Assembly: GCA_964187785.1 (NCBI GenBank)
Contig: OZ076409.1
Coordinates: forward strand, 97,900,001 to 97,964,000
Reading direction: 5' to 3'
Length of the DNA stretch: 64,000 bases
Source: Amphiscolops sp. MND2022
Lineage: Eukaryota
Part shown: positions 45,634 to 60,144 of the stretch, in pieces
Layout: each line of letters starts with the position of its first letter
How positions within the stretch are numbered: position 1 is the stretch's first letter
The notes under the pieces: model-generated
The model's input: only the letters and a program-made list of their open reading frames with translations
Database searches by the model: none
What the model was told of the DNA's origin: nothing
Made by a program: the position numbers and the translations under genes

Positions 45634-48600
45634 TAAAAAAAGGAACACTGAATTAACCTTTGCTGATAAAACAAGAAATTCTTTTAAGAAAACAAACCAG
45701 TGTAATGTTTAAAAAGGGTAATGTAATTAAAATGATACAGATTGATTATTCAAAAACAATTAAGTGAAACGGAAATCATTCCAACACTGTTTGCTGTAAC
45801 TAGGTGAGCCGATTTCATTTTCGAACTTCTCCTGGAAAAAACTCTTAATCTTTCGTTTCATAGTCAGGTAGGTATAGTTTTTATTTTAACTTTGTCTGGT
45901 AAGGTGTTCCATAGTGGGACTACTTTATTGTAGAAGCAATTTTTCATTTTTCGCGTGGGAGGTTCACATACAATTTGTTCGTTCGCTCCTGATTTTTGAT
46001 AACAGCTGTAGTTGGTTTTACTTTTGCAAAAGCGGGTAAGATTCCACGCCTGAGTTTCCAAAAGTATAAAACAGAATTGTACCGAAGGAAATATCGAATT
46101 GGTAAGATTTTATGGTAAATCTTCAAGTCTGCGGAGAGATCGAAATTGTTCTGTTGAAGCAAGCTTTTACCGCCCAACTTGATTGTTTTTCACATAGTTG
46201 TGAGTAGGTTCTCAGTTATTCCACTCAATAGTACCAATGAATAATGTAGATGACTGATTACCAAAGCATTGAAGAGTAAACAAGACGGGAACGTCTCAAG
46301 TCGGCGCTATATCTAAGTCTCAAAAAGCGCAAAACATTTTTTTGGAAAAAACTTGAAATTTTCGAAAAAAAATTTTCTTTCGGAAAATGTCGCGTAGTGC
46401 CAAAAAATGTAAAAGGGGGACCCTTTTTGATTTATAAACACACATTCTGTTGCAAAATAACAAAAAACTCCAAGGGGGGACCCTTTGGGGACATTAAAAA
46501 AATTTCGAAAAAAAAGTCGCACAGTGCCGAAAAAAATTCAAAGGGGGGACCCTGTAGTTCCGTCCGGTTTTGTATCTTACGTTAAAAATTGAGTACACGA
46601 AAGGGGGGACCCTTTGCAGTAACTCAGATATGATTCCGCTTGCCGGTGCAGTACTTTTAGTAGTTCTGTAAAAAGTGTCCACTACGCATACATTCTGTGG
46701 TCTGACGAAAAAAAAAGAAAAAACTTGCCACTGTAATAGTCGGGCTCATTTTCTTCTAAAATGCGCCGACTAAAAACGAGTTTTCTCCGGGAATAAATCG
46801 CGTACCGAGTATATTGTTTTGATACCACAAGCCATTTTCATCAATAAGTTTTTGATCTCATCTTGATATGTTAAGTTTTGATCCAAAAACACTCCCAGAT
46901 ATTTCACGTGATTTGAAGGTGTAATGGTCTTATTATCAACTTGAATTTCCATGTCTCTCACAATGTTGTTTTTCGACATTTTGCAAAAAGTAATGAATTC
47001 AGTTTTATCCGCATTGATTGTTAGACGATGGATTTCAAAAAAGTTTTTCAATTTTTCGATGTTTTTTGCAAGTTTTCAGAGCCTCTTTTCGTTAGTATTC
47101 GCGGAAAAGATCATAGTATCATCAGCATACTGTATTAGTTCACATTTCTCCGTGATTGTTTCCTTCTTTCGATTGACATGTGTTGAAAAGCAGAGGCCCT
47201 AAAATAGTCCCTTCAGGAACACCTTGGTGTATTTCGATCCAGTCTGATTTGCAGTTATTGAGCATCACCTTCTGACTTTTTCCTGTTAAATAGCTCTGTT
47301 TTAACGAAATAGCGACTTTGTTAACAAACAATCAGTTCTCTCAATTTTTCCAAAAGAATCGAATGCGAAATTGAATCGAATGCTTCCCTAGTTTTCGAAA
47401 ATCACAAATTTTGCAGAATTCTGTCTGAATTCTTACCAATGATGCATTTTTTACAAGAATCTTACAAGTTTGTACAAAAATCGCAAATTTTGCAAATTTG
47501 TTAAATGTTGAACATCTCTTACAAGTACCTGATACCATTTTAACAAAATTTGCATTTATTCGTAAGAAATTTTTTACAAAAATTTGATGTGTTATTTCGA
47601 TCAAAAATTCAAAAATTAACAGCAACAACAGCCACATTCACCGTTTACAATGCACAGACTGCCCCAGGGTCCCAGTAAAAGGATCAAAATGGTTAATTTT
47701 GACCAAGAAAAATTTATATGCAATTTTACACCAAAAGTTACTATAACGTAGTTCAGTAACCCACCACAAAACAATAATGCATTAATTTACATCAATGCGA
47801 AACCAGCACACCCTTATTTGTATAGCAGCTTAAACTACGACTCAATGGTAGCTCTAGACTCAATGGTAACTCTGGAACAAAAGTCATCTCAAGCTACCCA
47901 CTGAATGTTGGAAACGAGCAAGAAAATTGAAAAAACCTCATCAGAAATGTCAGTCTGAAAACTATAATTCCAGAGCTCCAAGCGGTGCAAGTTCAGAAGC
48001 TATTACTGTTGCGAACCAAATGCATCGTACTACGCTTCTAAATTTTCTCAATACTGGTCGTTACGTCCTGCCTGAAGAATGTAGACGTATTCATAATGCT
48101 ACTGAAGCATTATATTAAAAGTGAATTAGAATCGAAGGATGCAAATTTTGTAGGAGTTTTGTAAAATTTATGCATTTTTTGTACCATTTTTAGCTGAAAT
48201 TCGCAAATTTTGCAAAAATCTTGTAAGAGTTAGTGTCAAATAATGCATTTTCTCCAAGAGTTTCTGTAAAAACTTCGCAAAAGATGTGAATTTTTGCAAC
48301 TAGGGTTTAGAGAGAACAAGGAATGCCGCTGTCACATTTTCATTCTGATCTATCGGTTTTCTAAATTTTTCAGCAGCAAAATGTATCACATCTGTTGACG
48401 AGAAAACAGCTTGAAAACCGAACTGAGAAGGGGTACATTGTTTGTCAGTACATTGTTTGTATTCTCAAAGGTAATCATTTGGTCCTTCATAATTTTCTCG
48501 AAAATTTTCGGAAGAGCTGGAGTTATTGAGATGGGTCTGTAGTTACATGGTTCCTCGCAGTCTTCTTTTTTGAAGATTGGTATGACATAGGCAGGTTTCA

Positions 48601-50942
48601 AATGATTGGGGAACAGGTTTTCTAGGAACGCGTTTATCAGAAAGGTGAGAGGTTCAGCAAGAACATTCGAAGAGTCTTTTAGTGCCCATGCTGGAATGTT
48701 TGAAGAACCTAAGGGTTTTTTGGTGTTCAAACTTTTGATTTGTTTTCGACATTCATAAATGCTTATGGGTTGAAACTGGAATTCATCATTGATAAGGCGT
48801 TCCGAGGAGATGAATTTTTTCACAACTCCCGAGTAATCGCCTAATTTGGAGAAACGATAGTTCACAAGGTTGGCCATTCGGAGATCGCCTGTTACAATAT
48901 CACCAAAACAATTTCTCAGGCTATGTATTTGAACATTTGTGCGCTTAGAATTTCGGGCTTCGTTGATAAACTTCCATTCATATTTTTCGGTTGTAATTCC
49001 ATTGAAAAGTTTAATTTGGTACTGAATTTTGTCCTGATTAATGTTTTCAAGAAATTGATGTTTACGGTCTGTAACGTGATTGGTTTGTTTTCAGTGACTG
49101 CAATGTCGATTCTTGTAGATAATTCTTCGAGGAAAGGATTGATAAATCATTTTTTGGGATTCCTTGATTAGGTGATTCAAGTCTGTTCGCAAATAAGGGT
49201 TGAGAGATTTTGGGACAAGCATGACTCCGCCACCTTTATTTTCAAGCAACGTTTTCCGATCTGATTGAATTGTTTCGAAAAAATCTTTACTAAGTTGCCA
49301 AATTTCCTCACTGTCATCGTTTTTTTACCCTGGTTTCAGAGAATCCAAAAACTGCATTGTTCCGAAGATCTTGTAGTAGTAACATTCCAACTTGCATTTT
49401 TCTGCGCGATGCTTTGGAAATTGATATGAAAAATTTCAAGGATTTGTTCGGGTGAAAAGTTCGACGGTCTTTTTGGGATTACAGAAACGGCCTGGATTTG
49501 GTTCTACGTCACCTGACATTCTAATCGATAAGGATTGAAATTGTTAAAACAAGTATTTAATGGCTTTCACTAGTTTAGTGTGTTTCAACCCATAAGATCT
49601 ATTATTATCGGGAAGTGTTGGATGAATGAGTGATTAAACGAATAAAAAAATGGTATGGGTTTACGCTGACACGATCATTCTCATGACGCGAAGGTGCGTC
49701 CAGCAGAAACAGTATAAAGATCAGCATCTGGAATGAAATATTGACGACGTAACCAATCAAGTGAAAAATCAATGAGTGGAAAAGTTTCAGAATATTCCTT
49801 AGTTGTATCCACCAACACAATTATATGTTTGCTTAGAGAACCATAGGTTTCTTTGTTGCAGTGAATATTGTCTACGTCGATACTTGTACTTTTTCAAGGA
49901 TACTTGTTTCTGATCAACAGGGATTCCATTTGAGGTTATCAGTAAGGTAGATAAAAGATTTTTCAGAAATGGCAATCCGGTAGTAAAGTTCAAGTGAATA
50001 TCATCATAGTATAAAAACTATATTCGGTAATGTTTCTTAGTGACTGTGCAATCGGAAGAACTTCCAGGTTTGTTTTCAGATTAGATGTGTCAGAGAATTT
50101 AGATAGCAATTCATTAAATTCTTGATACGCTCGTTTGGACTGTTATTGTATTCTTTTTCTCTCAGTGGAGGTACCTCGCAGAGCAACAAGTTTTCTGGAT
50201 TTTATTGAAAACATATTGGATCAGAGTTCTGTAGGTCTCGAAAAGTTCTGGCACATCAGAATGTTTCTTTTTAAGGATTGAATTTGTGCCATCTTGCACG
50301 ACCACAGTCTTAAGTTTTATATCAGGATAAATTTCCACAATTGATATTTTCTCTTCGGTGGTTGCTCCTCTATATCCATGCATTGCTATGTCTTGGGGAA
50401 TACTTCTATCTTTCAATAAAGAAGCTACAATGCTACTGCCCAAAACTAAATTGGATTGTTTCTCCTTCAGCGTGAAATTGTTAAATGTTCTAACCTTGTT
50501 CCTTGTTGATCCGGTTGGTACTACCTGGGTTGACTGAAGATTCCATTGGAATAGTTGAGGTAACCTCCCCAGCAGATTGAGCTTCGTTCGTTCCTCTGCG
50601 TTCTGTTTTCTCATTGATTGCTTTCAGATAGTTTTGAATAATTTGGTCTTTCTGAACTTTGGCTTGGTGAACCTCACTGTAAAGATGATAAATTTCGTTC
50701 TTTAAAAGTTTCTCAAATGTTGAAAGAGGTAACATATTATTCAAACCAGGAGCCATCATAGTTATTTCAAATCAGATTTTTCTTTTCAGTAAATCGAACT
50801 TAGTTTTGGTCTATGTTTAATTTTCAGAACAACATTACGTAATAGTTGACCAACTGTTTCGAATGAGATCAATGCGTGTTGTGATGAGATCAATGCGTGT
50901 GTTGTGAATGAGATCAATGCGTGTTGTGAAACAGGGAATCAA
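45634..50942 (-). mobile_element. CR1/L2-type non-LTR retrotransposon, degenerate and interrupted
   Basis: ORF1 with SGNH esterase motifs (LVLGSSIV, QDGTN, DDIHLN; ~49900-50759); ORF2 fragments GGGV, NYRPIS, GVPEGTILGPLLF, QYADD (~47120), VKYLGV, LWNTLP; three ~23-bp tandem repeats at the 5' end (50862-50930); splits the repeat also seen at 16440. Confidence 0.85.
46279..46776 (+). mobile_element. Helentron/DINE-1-like family A copy inserted in LINE ORF2
   Basis: ACAAGACGGGAACGTCTCAAGTCGGCGCT ... AGTCGGGCTCATT-loop-ATGCGCCGACTAAAAA. Confidence 0.7.
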
Positions 50943-51364
50943 TTATTATACGAGTTATACGGAGAATCGCTTTTCAGTCTTTTTGCGTCGGTTTTATAAT
51001 AACGGGCTAAGAACGTTTTCGGAAATGATGAAATTTTTGTGATGAATTTCAAATGAAGTGCATCCTAAAATGATATTAGGCTATATGGGATTCGGAGAGG
51101 GGGCTATTGCAATCTTTTTTTGAAGACATTAACACTTTCCGATAGAAAACTGATCCAAAAATTGTGTTTCATGCCTTCATACAATATAAGAGGCCAAAAT
51201 TATACGATATAGAAAACCTTCGATTACACGTTATAAGAGGAACTCAGTATACGACAATACACTGGTTCAAAGAATCAGCGTGAGAATAAGACACATGGTC
51301 CCAAACCCGAATGAAATCGGACGCATACCAACATGTAATTTTTTTTTAATTGCCTCAATTTCCG

Positions 51365-52062
51365 TTTCGACCAATTGCCTGTTTCGACCAATTCCATGTT
51401 TGGACCAATTCCCTTTGTCGACCGATTCCCTGTTTCGACCAATTCCCTGTTTCGACCGATTCCCTGTTTCGACCAATTCCCTGTTTCGACCAATTCCCTG
51501 TTTCGACCGATTCCCTGTTTCGACCGATTCCCTGTTTCGACCAATTCCCTGTTTCGACCGATTCCCTGTTTCGACCAATTCCCTGTTTCGACCTATTCCC
51601 TGTTTCGACCAATTCCCTGTTTCGACCAATTCCCTGTTTCGACCAATTCCCTGTTTCGACCAATTCCCTGTTTCGAACAATTCCCTGTTTCGACCAATTC
51701 CCTGTTTCGACCAATTCCCTGTTTCGACCAATTCCCTGTTTCGACCGATTCCCTGTTTCGACCAATTCCCTGTTTCGACCAATTCCTTGTTTCGACCAAT
51801 TCCCTGTTTCGACCAATTCCCTGTTTCGACCGATTCCCTGTTTCGACCAATTCCCTGTTTCGACCAATTCCCTGTTTCGACCAATTCCCTGTTTCGACCT
51901 ATTCCCTGTTTCGACCAATTCCCTGTTTCGACCAATTCCCTGTTTCGACCAATTCCCTGTTTCGACCAATTCGCTGTTTCGACCAATTCCCTGTTTCGAC
52001 CAATTCCCTGTTTCGACCAATTCCCTGTTTCGACCAATTCCCTGTTTCGACCAATTCCCTGT
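51365..52062. repeat. 17-bp minisatellite (CCAATTCCCTGTTTCGA)n, about 41 copies
   Basis: Read directly; the translated period is 17 aa, i.e. 3 units. Confidence 0.97.
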
Positions 52063-52101
52063 CGTACGTAGAGTTTTAGGAACCCCACGGTAACCGCCGG
52101 T

Positions 52102-52491
52102 CAGGGTTTTGACATCGCTAATATTTTTCGCTAATCGCTAAACCGCTAATTCTAAAATCGCTATTTCGCTGAAAATTTTTTCCTACAAACTATCAAATGT
52201 TTGACTTCAAGTACGTTTTAAAAAGACTTAATTCAGTTTTTGAAAGAAAAAAGACAAGAATTTTTGAATTGTGTGAGTTTTACAAGGGTAAGAGTTGGAA
52301 TTTTTCGAAATTCATGTTGAAACTCCGTATATACTCTGAAAAAATTTTGAATTAGGACAACCTATTAGTTGCCGCTAATTTGAATCGCTAATGAAATCGC
52401 TGAAAAAGTCCTGCGCGGCCGCTAATTCGCTAGCTGATTAGTCGCTTCATTAGTCGATAATTAATCGCTGATTAGCGGTGTCAAAACTCTG
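52102..52491. mobile_element. hAT-like MITE
   Basis: TIRs CAGGGTTTTGACATCGCTAA / TTAGCGGTGTCAAAACTCTG; degenerate 8-bp TSD CCGCCGGT/CAGTCGGT; another partial copy near 56340-56652. Confidence 0.8.
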
Positions 52492-52630
52492 CAGTCGGTC
52501 AATAAATTATCTTAGTGTATCTTAGTAATGGTTTGCAAACGACTTCATCATTCAATACATCAATTGCATGTAACATGTTTCTGTCATTGATTGAATGAAC
52601 TATATAGCCATTAAAGACAATGTTCTTGTA

Positions 52631-53125
52631 CAGGGATTGGAAAATATCAATTGCAATTTAATTGATATTCAGAAATGGCACAATACATTAATTGCCATTT
52701 TCGAAAAAGTCCAATTTAATTGACCAATTAATTGGCAATTAATTCCAATGAAAAACACTTTTTAAAACTTTATTCATAACATATCACGATCAGAAACGAT
52801 ATTATGAACAAGTTTTTTAAATCCCAAAATCGCTTATTTATTTTCAAAAACAATTGGGCTTCATAGTTTCCGGGCGACAATCGTACGAAATTAGCGGCTG
52901 GAATTACGTTTAGTTACGTCAAGCATGAATTCAATTCATTTAGCTATTCCAGCTATGCACGTTTGGCTATAATATACCCGAGAAATAGGTTTAGAAATTG
53001 CAATTAACTGGTTTTCATTGCATATTTTACAATCAATTAATTGATGACTTAAAATTACCCAATAAATAAATTCTCATTGAAATATTGCAAATTATTGTTC
53101 ATCAATGAATATTTTCCAATCCCTG
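52631..53125. mobile_element. hAT-like MITE (second family)
   Basis: Perfect 17-bp TIRs CAGGGATTGGAAAATAT / ATATTTTCCAATCCCTG; flanks TTCTTGTA / TTTTTGAA match at 6 of 8. Confidence 0.82.
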
Positions 53126-55365
53126 TTTTTGAAACACTTCTGTACATTCTATATTAAGACCTTGAATTGATACTCCTCCCAGGTCAATGTGATCGATCTC
53201 ACTATGTCCCCCTATATCACTCGTTACACATGTCCCCCTAGAGAGAAAAAGAATGTTTGTGGCTCAATTATATTTATCTCCTATTGGCTAATCTTTCATG
53301 CTATTCTGTCAATCAATTGATCTCGTCATAACTAACGACACTTTTTATTGGTTCTTTTCATCAAAATCCCCACTCAGCCAATCAGAAGCGTTATTAAATA
53401 AGAGCAGATCTGCGCTATTAGATTGTGCAATACATGCATTTAATAGCGATTCACTATGTCCCCCCCTTTTGCTGTAGGGGGGAATAGTGGAATAGATCCG
53501 ATCGATCTTGCAGCAGAGGAACACCAGGGTCTAAATGGAGAAGTTAACTACATGGAGAAGTTGCTAAGAGTTGGTTAGGAAATCAAACGAGTCCCTATTG
53601 TTAACTCTGGTACTCAACGATGATCCTGGTAAGCTTCAGGGGTAGAAGGGAAAAGTAGGTTATACTGCTCTCATCATCAATCTAACAACCGATTGCTCCT
53701 GCATTTAGGGCACTAGGGGTATGTGAGCTTAGCTGATTACATTATCGTGATTAGTTCGCCGCTTGTGCTGTTTTCATTTAACTGGAATTTGATTGGCTCA
53801 TTGAATGAAATTTTGGTCACGTGCTATGACGCGCAGTATGTACTGTGTGTAAACTGCTTTCGACGCTTTGAATATTCTACGATTCAAATCGTCCCCTATG
53901 TAGGAAAATGCAAGATCTTTGCAAGCGTTTCAAGATGTTTCGCACTGAGTACCGCTTGACTATCAAGTTCGGAGTGTTCAGTATCCTCGCTGATCTTAAC
54001 CGAGAAAGGAAAGCCTCAAACCAGCGTCCGGTTGAAAAGGGCATTTTTTGAATACGCCCAGTTAGGGTTTTTTGAGCGAGACATTTTTCCGTCTCAAAGC
54101 AACGGAAAACCCAAAGGGTAATCCCATGGTCAAATGAACAACTTTTCAAGCACAATCGGTCAACGCCACTGAAGCCAAAGGGGAACCCATTGGAACTTGA
54201 ATATCTCACATCAAGAGTGTACCAAAACATGGCAGAAAAATTTGAAAAAAAATAGATAGTGACAAAACGATTTTCTTCACTTGAGACCGAGTATAATACA
54301 ATTTACGTGACGAGATACAGTATGTGGTAGCTGTGACTTTAGCCGCTCGATAATATAACCACCGATGATAATGTAGAAGAATTTGCATGCACTGACTTTA
54401 ATTTACTCTGAATTTAGTTGCTGCGTAATCAGTGATGTAAAAAATATATTGTATTGAAATATCTCGACAATAAATAACTAGAATAGACTTATTTTTAGTT
54501 TTGTATAATAGAATATATTTATTTTTGTTCCAATGTCTTTGTTTCGGACCCATTTATTTTGATATTCATTTTAATGTTTGCAAGTATTAACACAAATGTA
54601 ATATAATGATCGTATACGCAAAATGCACGAACCTCAATTAAATTTCTCGGCCAACTGTGATGAATATTCGGATAAAGTTACTAGTGGTGTAGAAAAACCA
54701 ATTCAGGAAGTTAGGTGAAATTTTGCTGGTTAGAAATACAGTCCAAGAAATGTACAAACTAAACCTTTGTTCGAACAATATATTTTTTCCTCACACAACA
54801 TTGGACAATATTATATCATCCTATTTAATATATTTATTGTTAGCCAGCAACTTATGAAATATATTTATTCTTTTTATCCTATAGAACAGGATTATAGCCG
54901 CCTGTGATTTTAACCCAATCTACTTGCATTAACTTGTTAGATAATAGTTACGAAATTGAAGCTTCTTTCTCAAGTGGTTTAGCCTATTAAAATTGAGAAT
55001 TCAATTCTATTCGGCTATAATACCATTCGTCTTTAATATCATTCGGCTCTTTTCAGTTACCCCCCAACAATTTTTTTGGAAAATTGGTGAAAATATTATT
55101 TAAAGAGACTTGAATACAAACCAGAAAGCTTCAATTTTAAATTTATGTTCACGGTGACAGTTTAGAATTGAGATACAATCTTTGTTCACACTTTTTGATG
55201 AAGAAATCAACCGCTTCCTGTTTTGAGTCACCAATAAACACATAATACGAATACAATTATAGTCAAAATGTGTGAACAAGGTTTTTTTCAAGCAAAAAAA
55301 CTGTTCCCATGGACGCTAACTTCCTGTTATGAAAGAAGGTTTCACTTTTAATTAAGCTAGTGTAA

Positions 55366-55579
55366 CATTACAGTGCACAGGCAAGCTTTTTGCTGCTTTT
55401 CGTGGAATCCGGGACACGAAGATTTCGCTGCTTGTCCGTGGAATGCTTGTTTGTGGAATCCGGGACAAATGACGTAATTTGCCAATTTTGCACGGTTAAA
55501 GGTATGGTCGTGGAATCCGAGATATTGAAAGCACTATGTTGCGCTTTGAGCAAATAAGGCTTGCCTGTGCACTCTAATG
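55366..55579. mobile_element. MITE with 21-bp TIRs
   Basis: CATTACAGTGCACAGGCAAGC ... GCTTGCCTGTGCACTCTAATG; internal GTGGAATCCG repeats. Confidence 0.75.
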
Positions 55580-55951
55580 AAAGTTTTCAAGGAAATTTAC
55601 TTTGGAAAATTTTGGTGGTGGGGTTGGGGGAACAGAAAAGAGCCATAACCCATACCACCTCCCTCCCTGTCACCGTTAGATTTTGGTGTTACGTAACAAA
55701 GGTGTGATGTGAGTGGGGGAGTGCCTGTGGAGGGGTTCTGGGTGGTGTAGGAACACGTCCTGTTCTTCGGTGGTCTCACTCGTGACGTCATCGGCCACAT
55801 TCACAGGGGGGTATGCCCTCTGCAGCCTAGCCCGCGACAGGTTGCTGAACTTCGGCGTGCGAGTGCTGAAAACACACAAAACACTTACCATCATCTACAT
55901 GGTAATCCGGTTACAGTTCCGCTTTAAAAATCTTCAATTCAACGATAACTG

Positions 55952-56117
55952 CAGTCAAACTCGGATAGAAACTCAGAGGGAGGTAAGGAAAGGGTTTCTT
56001 TTACCCATAGTTTCTTTTATCAGTTGTCCTATATACATAGAAAGTTTGTCTTGCACAAAAGCGGAGGAGTGAAAACGTTTCTTATATCCAAATGTTTCTT
56101 TTATCCGAGTTCGACTG
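55952..56117. mobile_element. Pogo/Tigger-like MITE
   Basis: CAGTCAAACTCGGATA ... TATCCGAGTTCGACTG. Confidence 0.7.
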
Positions 56118-57435
56118 CAGCTAGATTCAGTAGTTTCGACGATCAGTAGTTGAACTAGTTTTTTGCCACAGTTACTCGCTAACTATCGGATATTTTTGAC
56201 CATAAACTATTTTTTAGCAACAATAGCTTAACAAAGCGGTAACGTCGAAAGTCAAGGCTCAAAAAGCGCAAAGTCTCAGAAATGCTCACAGAGACGGCAC
56301 GGCTATTCCTGAGAATGAAGAAGACGAAATAAAGCAGGGTTTAGGCATCGCAATTAAACGCTAAACCGCTAATTTTAAATTCGCTATTTCGCTGAAAAGC
56401 TTTTTCTGCAAACTATTAGATGAGTAACTTCTAGTATGCTTCAGGATAACTCAATTCAGTTTTTGCATGTTTTAATACTGTGTGGGTTTTAAAAGGGTAA
56501 GAATTGAAATTTTTAGAAATTCATTTTGAAACCCCAAGTAAGATTGAGAAATTTTTGATTTTGGACATCCCATTAGTTGCTGCTAATTTGAACCGCTAAT
56601 GAAATCGTTGAAATTTTCCCATGCAGCCGCTAATTAGGAGTGTCAAAACTATGACATCAAGGAACCATGTCACTAAATCAAGGATACTAAAACCCATAAG
56701 AAAGACTCAGTGATATTAACCAGTACCAATAGCTATACTCGAAATATAGACGTTATATAATCTAACGTGAATGTTTTTATCAAAACTCTTATCATGGTAT
56801 ATCAGATTAAAAAATCGGCCCTTTCAGGGATCAGTAATATTTTTCCAAAGGTCTGTCAAAAGTGAACTTTTGCATTCCCAACAGATTTTTCAAGAAACAA
56901 CTTCCTTCTCTGAATTTTGGGAAAATGCGAATTTACAAATTTTCACCCCACGAAATCATCCCAGGTTTGGACACAAGATGCTACTTGAGAAACATTCTTC
57001 ATTTCGGATTCATATCTGACGTCATATCCGGAAAAAAATTGTTCTATAGATACGTTGAATCCGAAAACGCCAATTGTGTAGCTCACTTCGAAAAGTTTTG
57101 AAAATTAGCCATGTGTGGTATTCGGAACCACCTCCTTTTGCTTAGGTAGAAAACGACCTTTGAAAAAATCATTGAGACTGTAAATTAGGAACATTTTTTT
57201 CCGGCACTTTACTTAGAATTTTCGGCGCCGTTTCTCTGCACGAAATCCCTATTTTCGACATTTCTCGTCAAATGAAGGAATTCTTGCAAAAAAAGTCGCT
57301 ATTATCGTCTGAAAGTTCTAACGCCGGCGAAAATGGGCTATATTCCAATTATAAGAAAACAATATCTTATCAAAAACTGCAATCGGAATTTTCAAATTCA
57401 ACAAAAATCGTACCTTAGCAAAATTGAAACTTCTG

Positions 57436-57868
57436 TGTTCGGCTTCTGAACGAGGCTTTCTAACTGCTCGACTGATTGGCAGTTTTGCTTACATTCAAAA
57501 GCCTCAACTGTGGTCTTGGTTACATAACAAACTCTCCTAAGTAAAATCAGCTAAGTTTAACCTTAAGTTGGCCAGGAAAAATCTGGTTCCATCCAAAAAT
57601 CGGGTGCTTCAACTTTAAACCGCAATATCTCCTGAACTATACAAGTCCGACAAACGATTTATACAGCGTTCAAAAGAGGAGCATTGGGGCTTTCAAATCA
57701 ATTTTTAAACTGCTGGGCTTGGGGCCCGCTAGCGCGGGCCCCTTGCGTGCAAAGTTTTTTGCGCGAAGTTCTCCGCTGGCGTGCGGCTTCGCCGCAATGG
57801 CTCCGAACTTTGCGCCAAAACTTTGCACGCGTCGTGTCTCTGCTTGCTTTTCAGCATGTTTCAAAACA
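57436..57868 (-). repeat. Putative 3' LTR of the BEL/Pao element
   Basis: On -, TCAAAGCGGCCCCAGCA|TGTT resembles BEL 3' LTR junctions as I recall them; TATA-like CTGTATAAAT near 57660; candidate end ...GCCGAACA. The 5' LTR is not in the window, so this is unconfirmed. Confidence 0.45.
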
Positions 57869-58728
57869 TGCTGGGGCCGCTTTGACCCAATGTTCATACC
57901 AGTGGGATAAAAGGGGCACAAACGAAAACTGGGAAAACGGAAAATCTGCACTTATTTTTCTTTTGATTTTTTCGCCTCATTTTCTGGATTTTGGAGACAT
58001 CACGTCAATTTTCCGTGGAAAGGCGCCGAATGCTATGCAATATTGTCTGAAACTCTTATTAAAGGGTTTCCTTTACCATACAATCAGCTGGTGCGTTAAG
58101 AATTTGCAGAAACTAAATGTGCCAAATTTGGCACATTGGCCAAGTTAAGGTTAAATCTACGCCAAAATCTAAATAGAATGGAACATTGGTTGTATGACTC
58201 AGCCTTCCTCATTATGGGGCACTGTGTCCCCTCCAGTTCTGCCTTTGTCAAAATCAGTCACTGGACCTGTAGTGGCACGTCGCTCCGCTTCGCTTTGCTC
58301 TTACATTCAGAGCACTATCGTTATGTGAACACAGCTAATCATGATTCTCTAATTTAGGAGATTTTGACCGAGGACATTTTGACCTGATACCGCGGTACTT
58401 ACCGTAGACTGTTAAAAATCTCTCGCTTGGGAACGCAAGAGAACCTTTAAGGCCGAACTAGTTTGACATAGGTGTTGAGATTTGTTTTAGTTTGTGTAAA
58501 AAGGCTTTACAAAACTATACTTGAATTGATTGTTTGATAACCAATTGTTTTTAGAAAGCAGTTCAAGCACAGTTAACCGCCAAATAAAGTAGTGACGAAA
58601 AGTTTGAACAAAATGTGAACAAGTCGACAAAGATAAAAAGTCACAGAAATGAACTAGATTAAATATCATATATGAATGTTTAGATTCTTTCCATTACTCC
58701 TCTCCTGACTTTTTTTTCAGAATTGATA

Positions 58729-59584
58729 ATGTTTCTGAGAAGGACAGCCAAGTCACCGCTAGCAAGTTTGGAGGAGCTGAGAGAAGTTCTGTGCGGCTTC
58801 CCGCAAGTCAAAGCTCTGACAATTGAAGAGGTGCGACTTAGTCGTTCAGAACCAGCAATTGTGAAAGACTTTGCCATTAAAGTCGAAGGGCCCTCCAAAG
58901 ATGCACTGCTGGCGGCGAAAACACTTGATGACCTGACTGATGAGTTCTTTAAGAAGAATACGAGTCCAAGACAGTCTACTCCCGATCTGCTGGTAGATGT
59001 TATGGATGACTTCTTTATCAGTCAGGGTCAGGTGACATGCGATTGGCCCGATGCGCTGAGTCCCCTTAACTTCGGGTAATTTATTGGCACATGATTGCTT
59101 TGAATATTGATGCTTGAAAGATTCTAGTAATATTGAACGTAATTTTTTCATTTGCAGCTATTTGCTATTCACTGGGGGAACCAGCTTTCGACCGTGGCAC
59201 TTCGATCTTGAAGCATCGGAGACTGCTGGCGACATGCTCGCGACCCTTCTTTCAGGCAGGAAGATCTGGATGTTCTGCAAGATGGGTCGGTTGTCAGCAT
59301 CTCTGAGGAAGGTCTGCGGGAGCGTTGAGTCGAAGACTGCCATTGCTGATACGGTCAACTTTTTGAGGGCCTTGTCAAGAACGCAACGTCAGAAGATTTT
59401 GTGGTGTGAGTTTGGGGCTGGCGAGACAGTCTACATGCCATATGGGTGCGGCCATTCTGTTGCAACTTTCTGTGAAGAAATGCCGTCCTGTATGGTGACT
59501 GTTGATGTCAGAGCAGATCTTGATCGTGCAACAGCGATCAACAACAGTGCCCACAATCTGACTGACGTAGGTCATAGACGATGA
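58729..59584 (+). CDS. JmjC-domain Fe(II)/2-oxoglutarate oxygenase, two exons (58729-59075 and 59158-59584), 257 aa if this ATG is the start
   Basis: An 82-bp GTAATT...TTTGCAG intron joins the two frames exactly; YLLFTGGTSFRPWHFD (HxD), SGRKIWMF, AGETVYMPYGCGHSV (distal His); AATAAA at 59612. Confidence 0.8.
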
Positions 59585-60144
59585 CAAGAATAAGTGAGTA
59601 ATCTATTTTTTAATAAAAATTAGCTATTGCATACTGCATTGTGGTCAAGTGTAAGGTCAGGGTAGGTACGTAAATATCAGTAGGGGCGCATCAAATTCAT
59701 TTGGTAAGCGTAGCATTGAAGTTGACTTTGGGGATACACTTTACATCCAATAAGCAACAAAAATATTGAACTCGAAATGATTAACTGAGGTAAAATTTCT
59801 GTTTACGTAAATATGCTAGGATGCTAGATTAAAATGACGTTTTCAGCATATACTGAGGCATGTCAATGGGCATTGCAAGGAATGGTAACTGTCACTTGTA
59901 CTGCGGGGAGACACTTTTTATTGATAAATTAAAGTGCCAGATGATAAGTAGAGGTATAATATCGATTCCATTTTCAAAGGTACACTTCACAGTGGCTATT
60001 GAAAAATATATAGCAGCTTCAGTGAACGGATCAGAACGGAGCAGCACTATAGTAGGGTTTATAGCAATAACATATGTGTCGGGGAGACACTTTTTAGCAT
60101 CAAACTATATACAAAGGAAGGAAATTATGAAACATTGAATAATT

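Noticed and set aside
51267..52093. Long ORFs in all six frames (up to 273 aa)
   Set aside because: Artefact of a 17-bp minisatellite that has no stop codon in any frame; there are no unique spacers, so it is not a CRISPR array either.
58729..58760. Histone-tail mimic RRTAKS at the JmjC N-terminus
   Set aside because: Too short and imperfect against H3 ARTKQTARKS, and the true start codon is uncertain because an acceptor-like TTTTCAG lies at 58714-58720.
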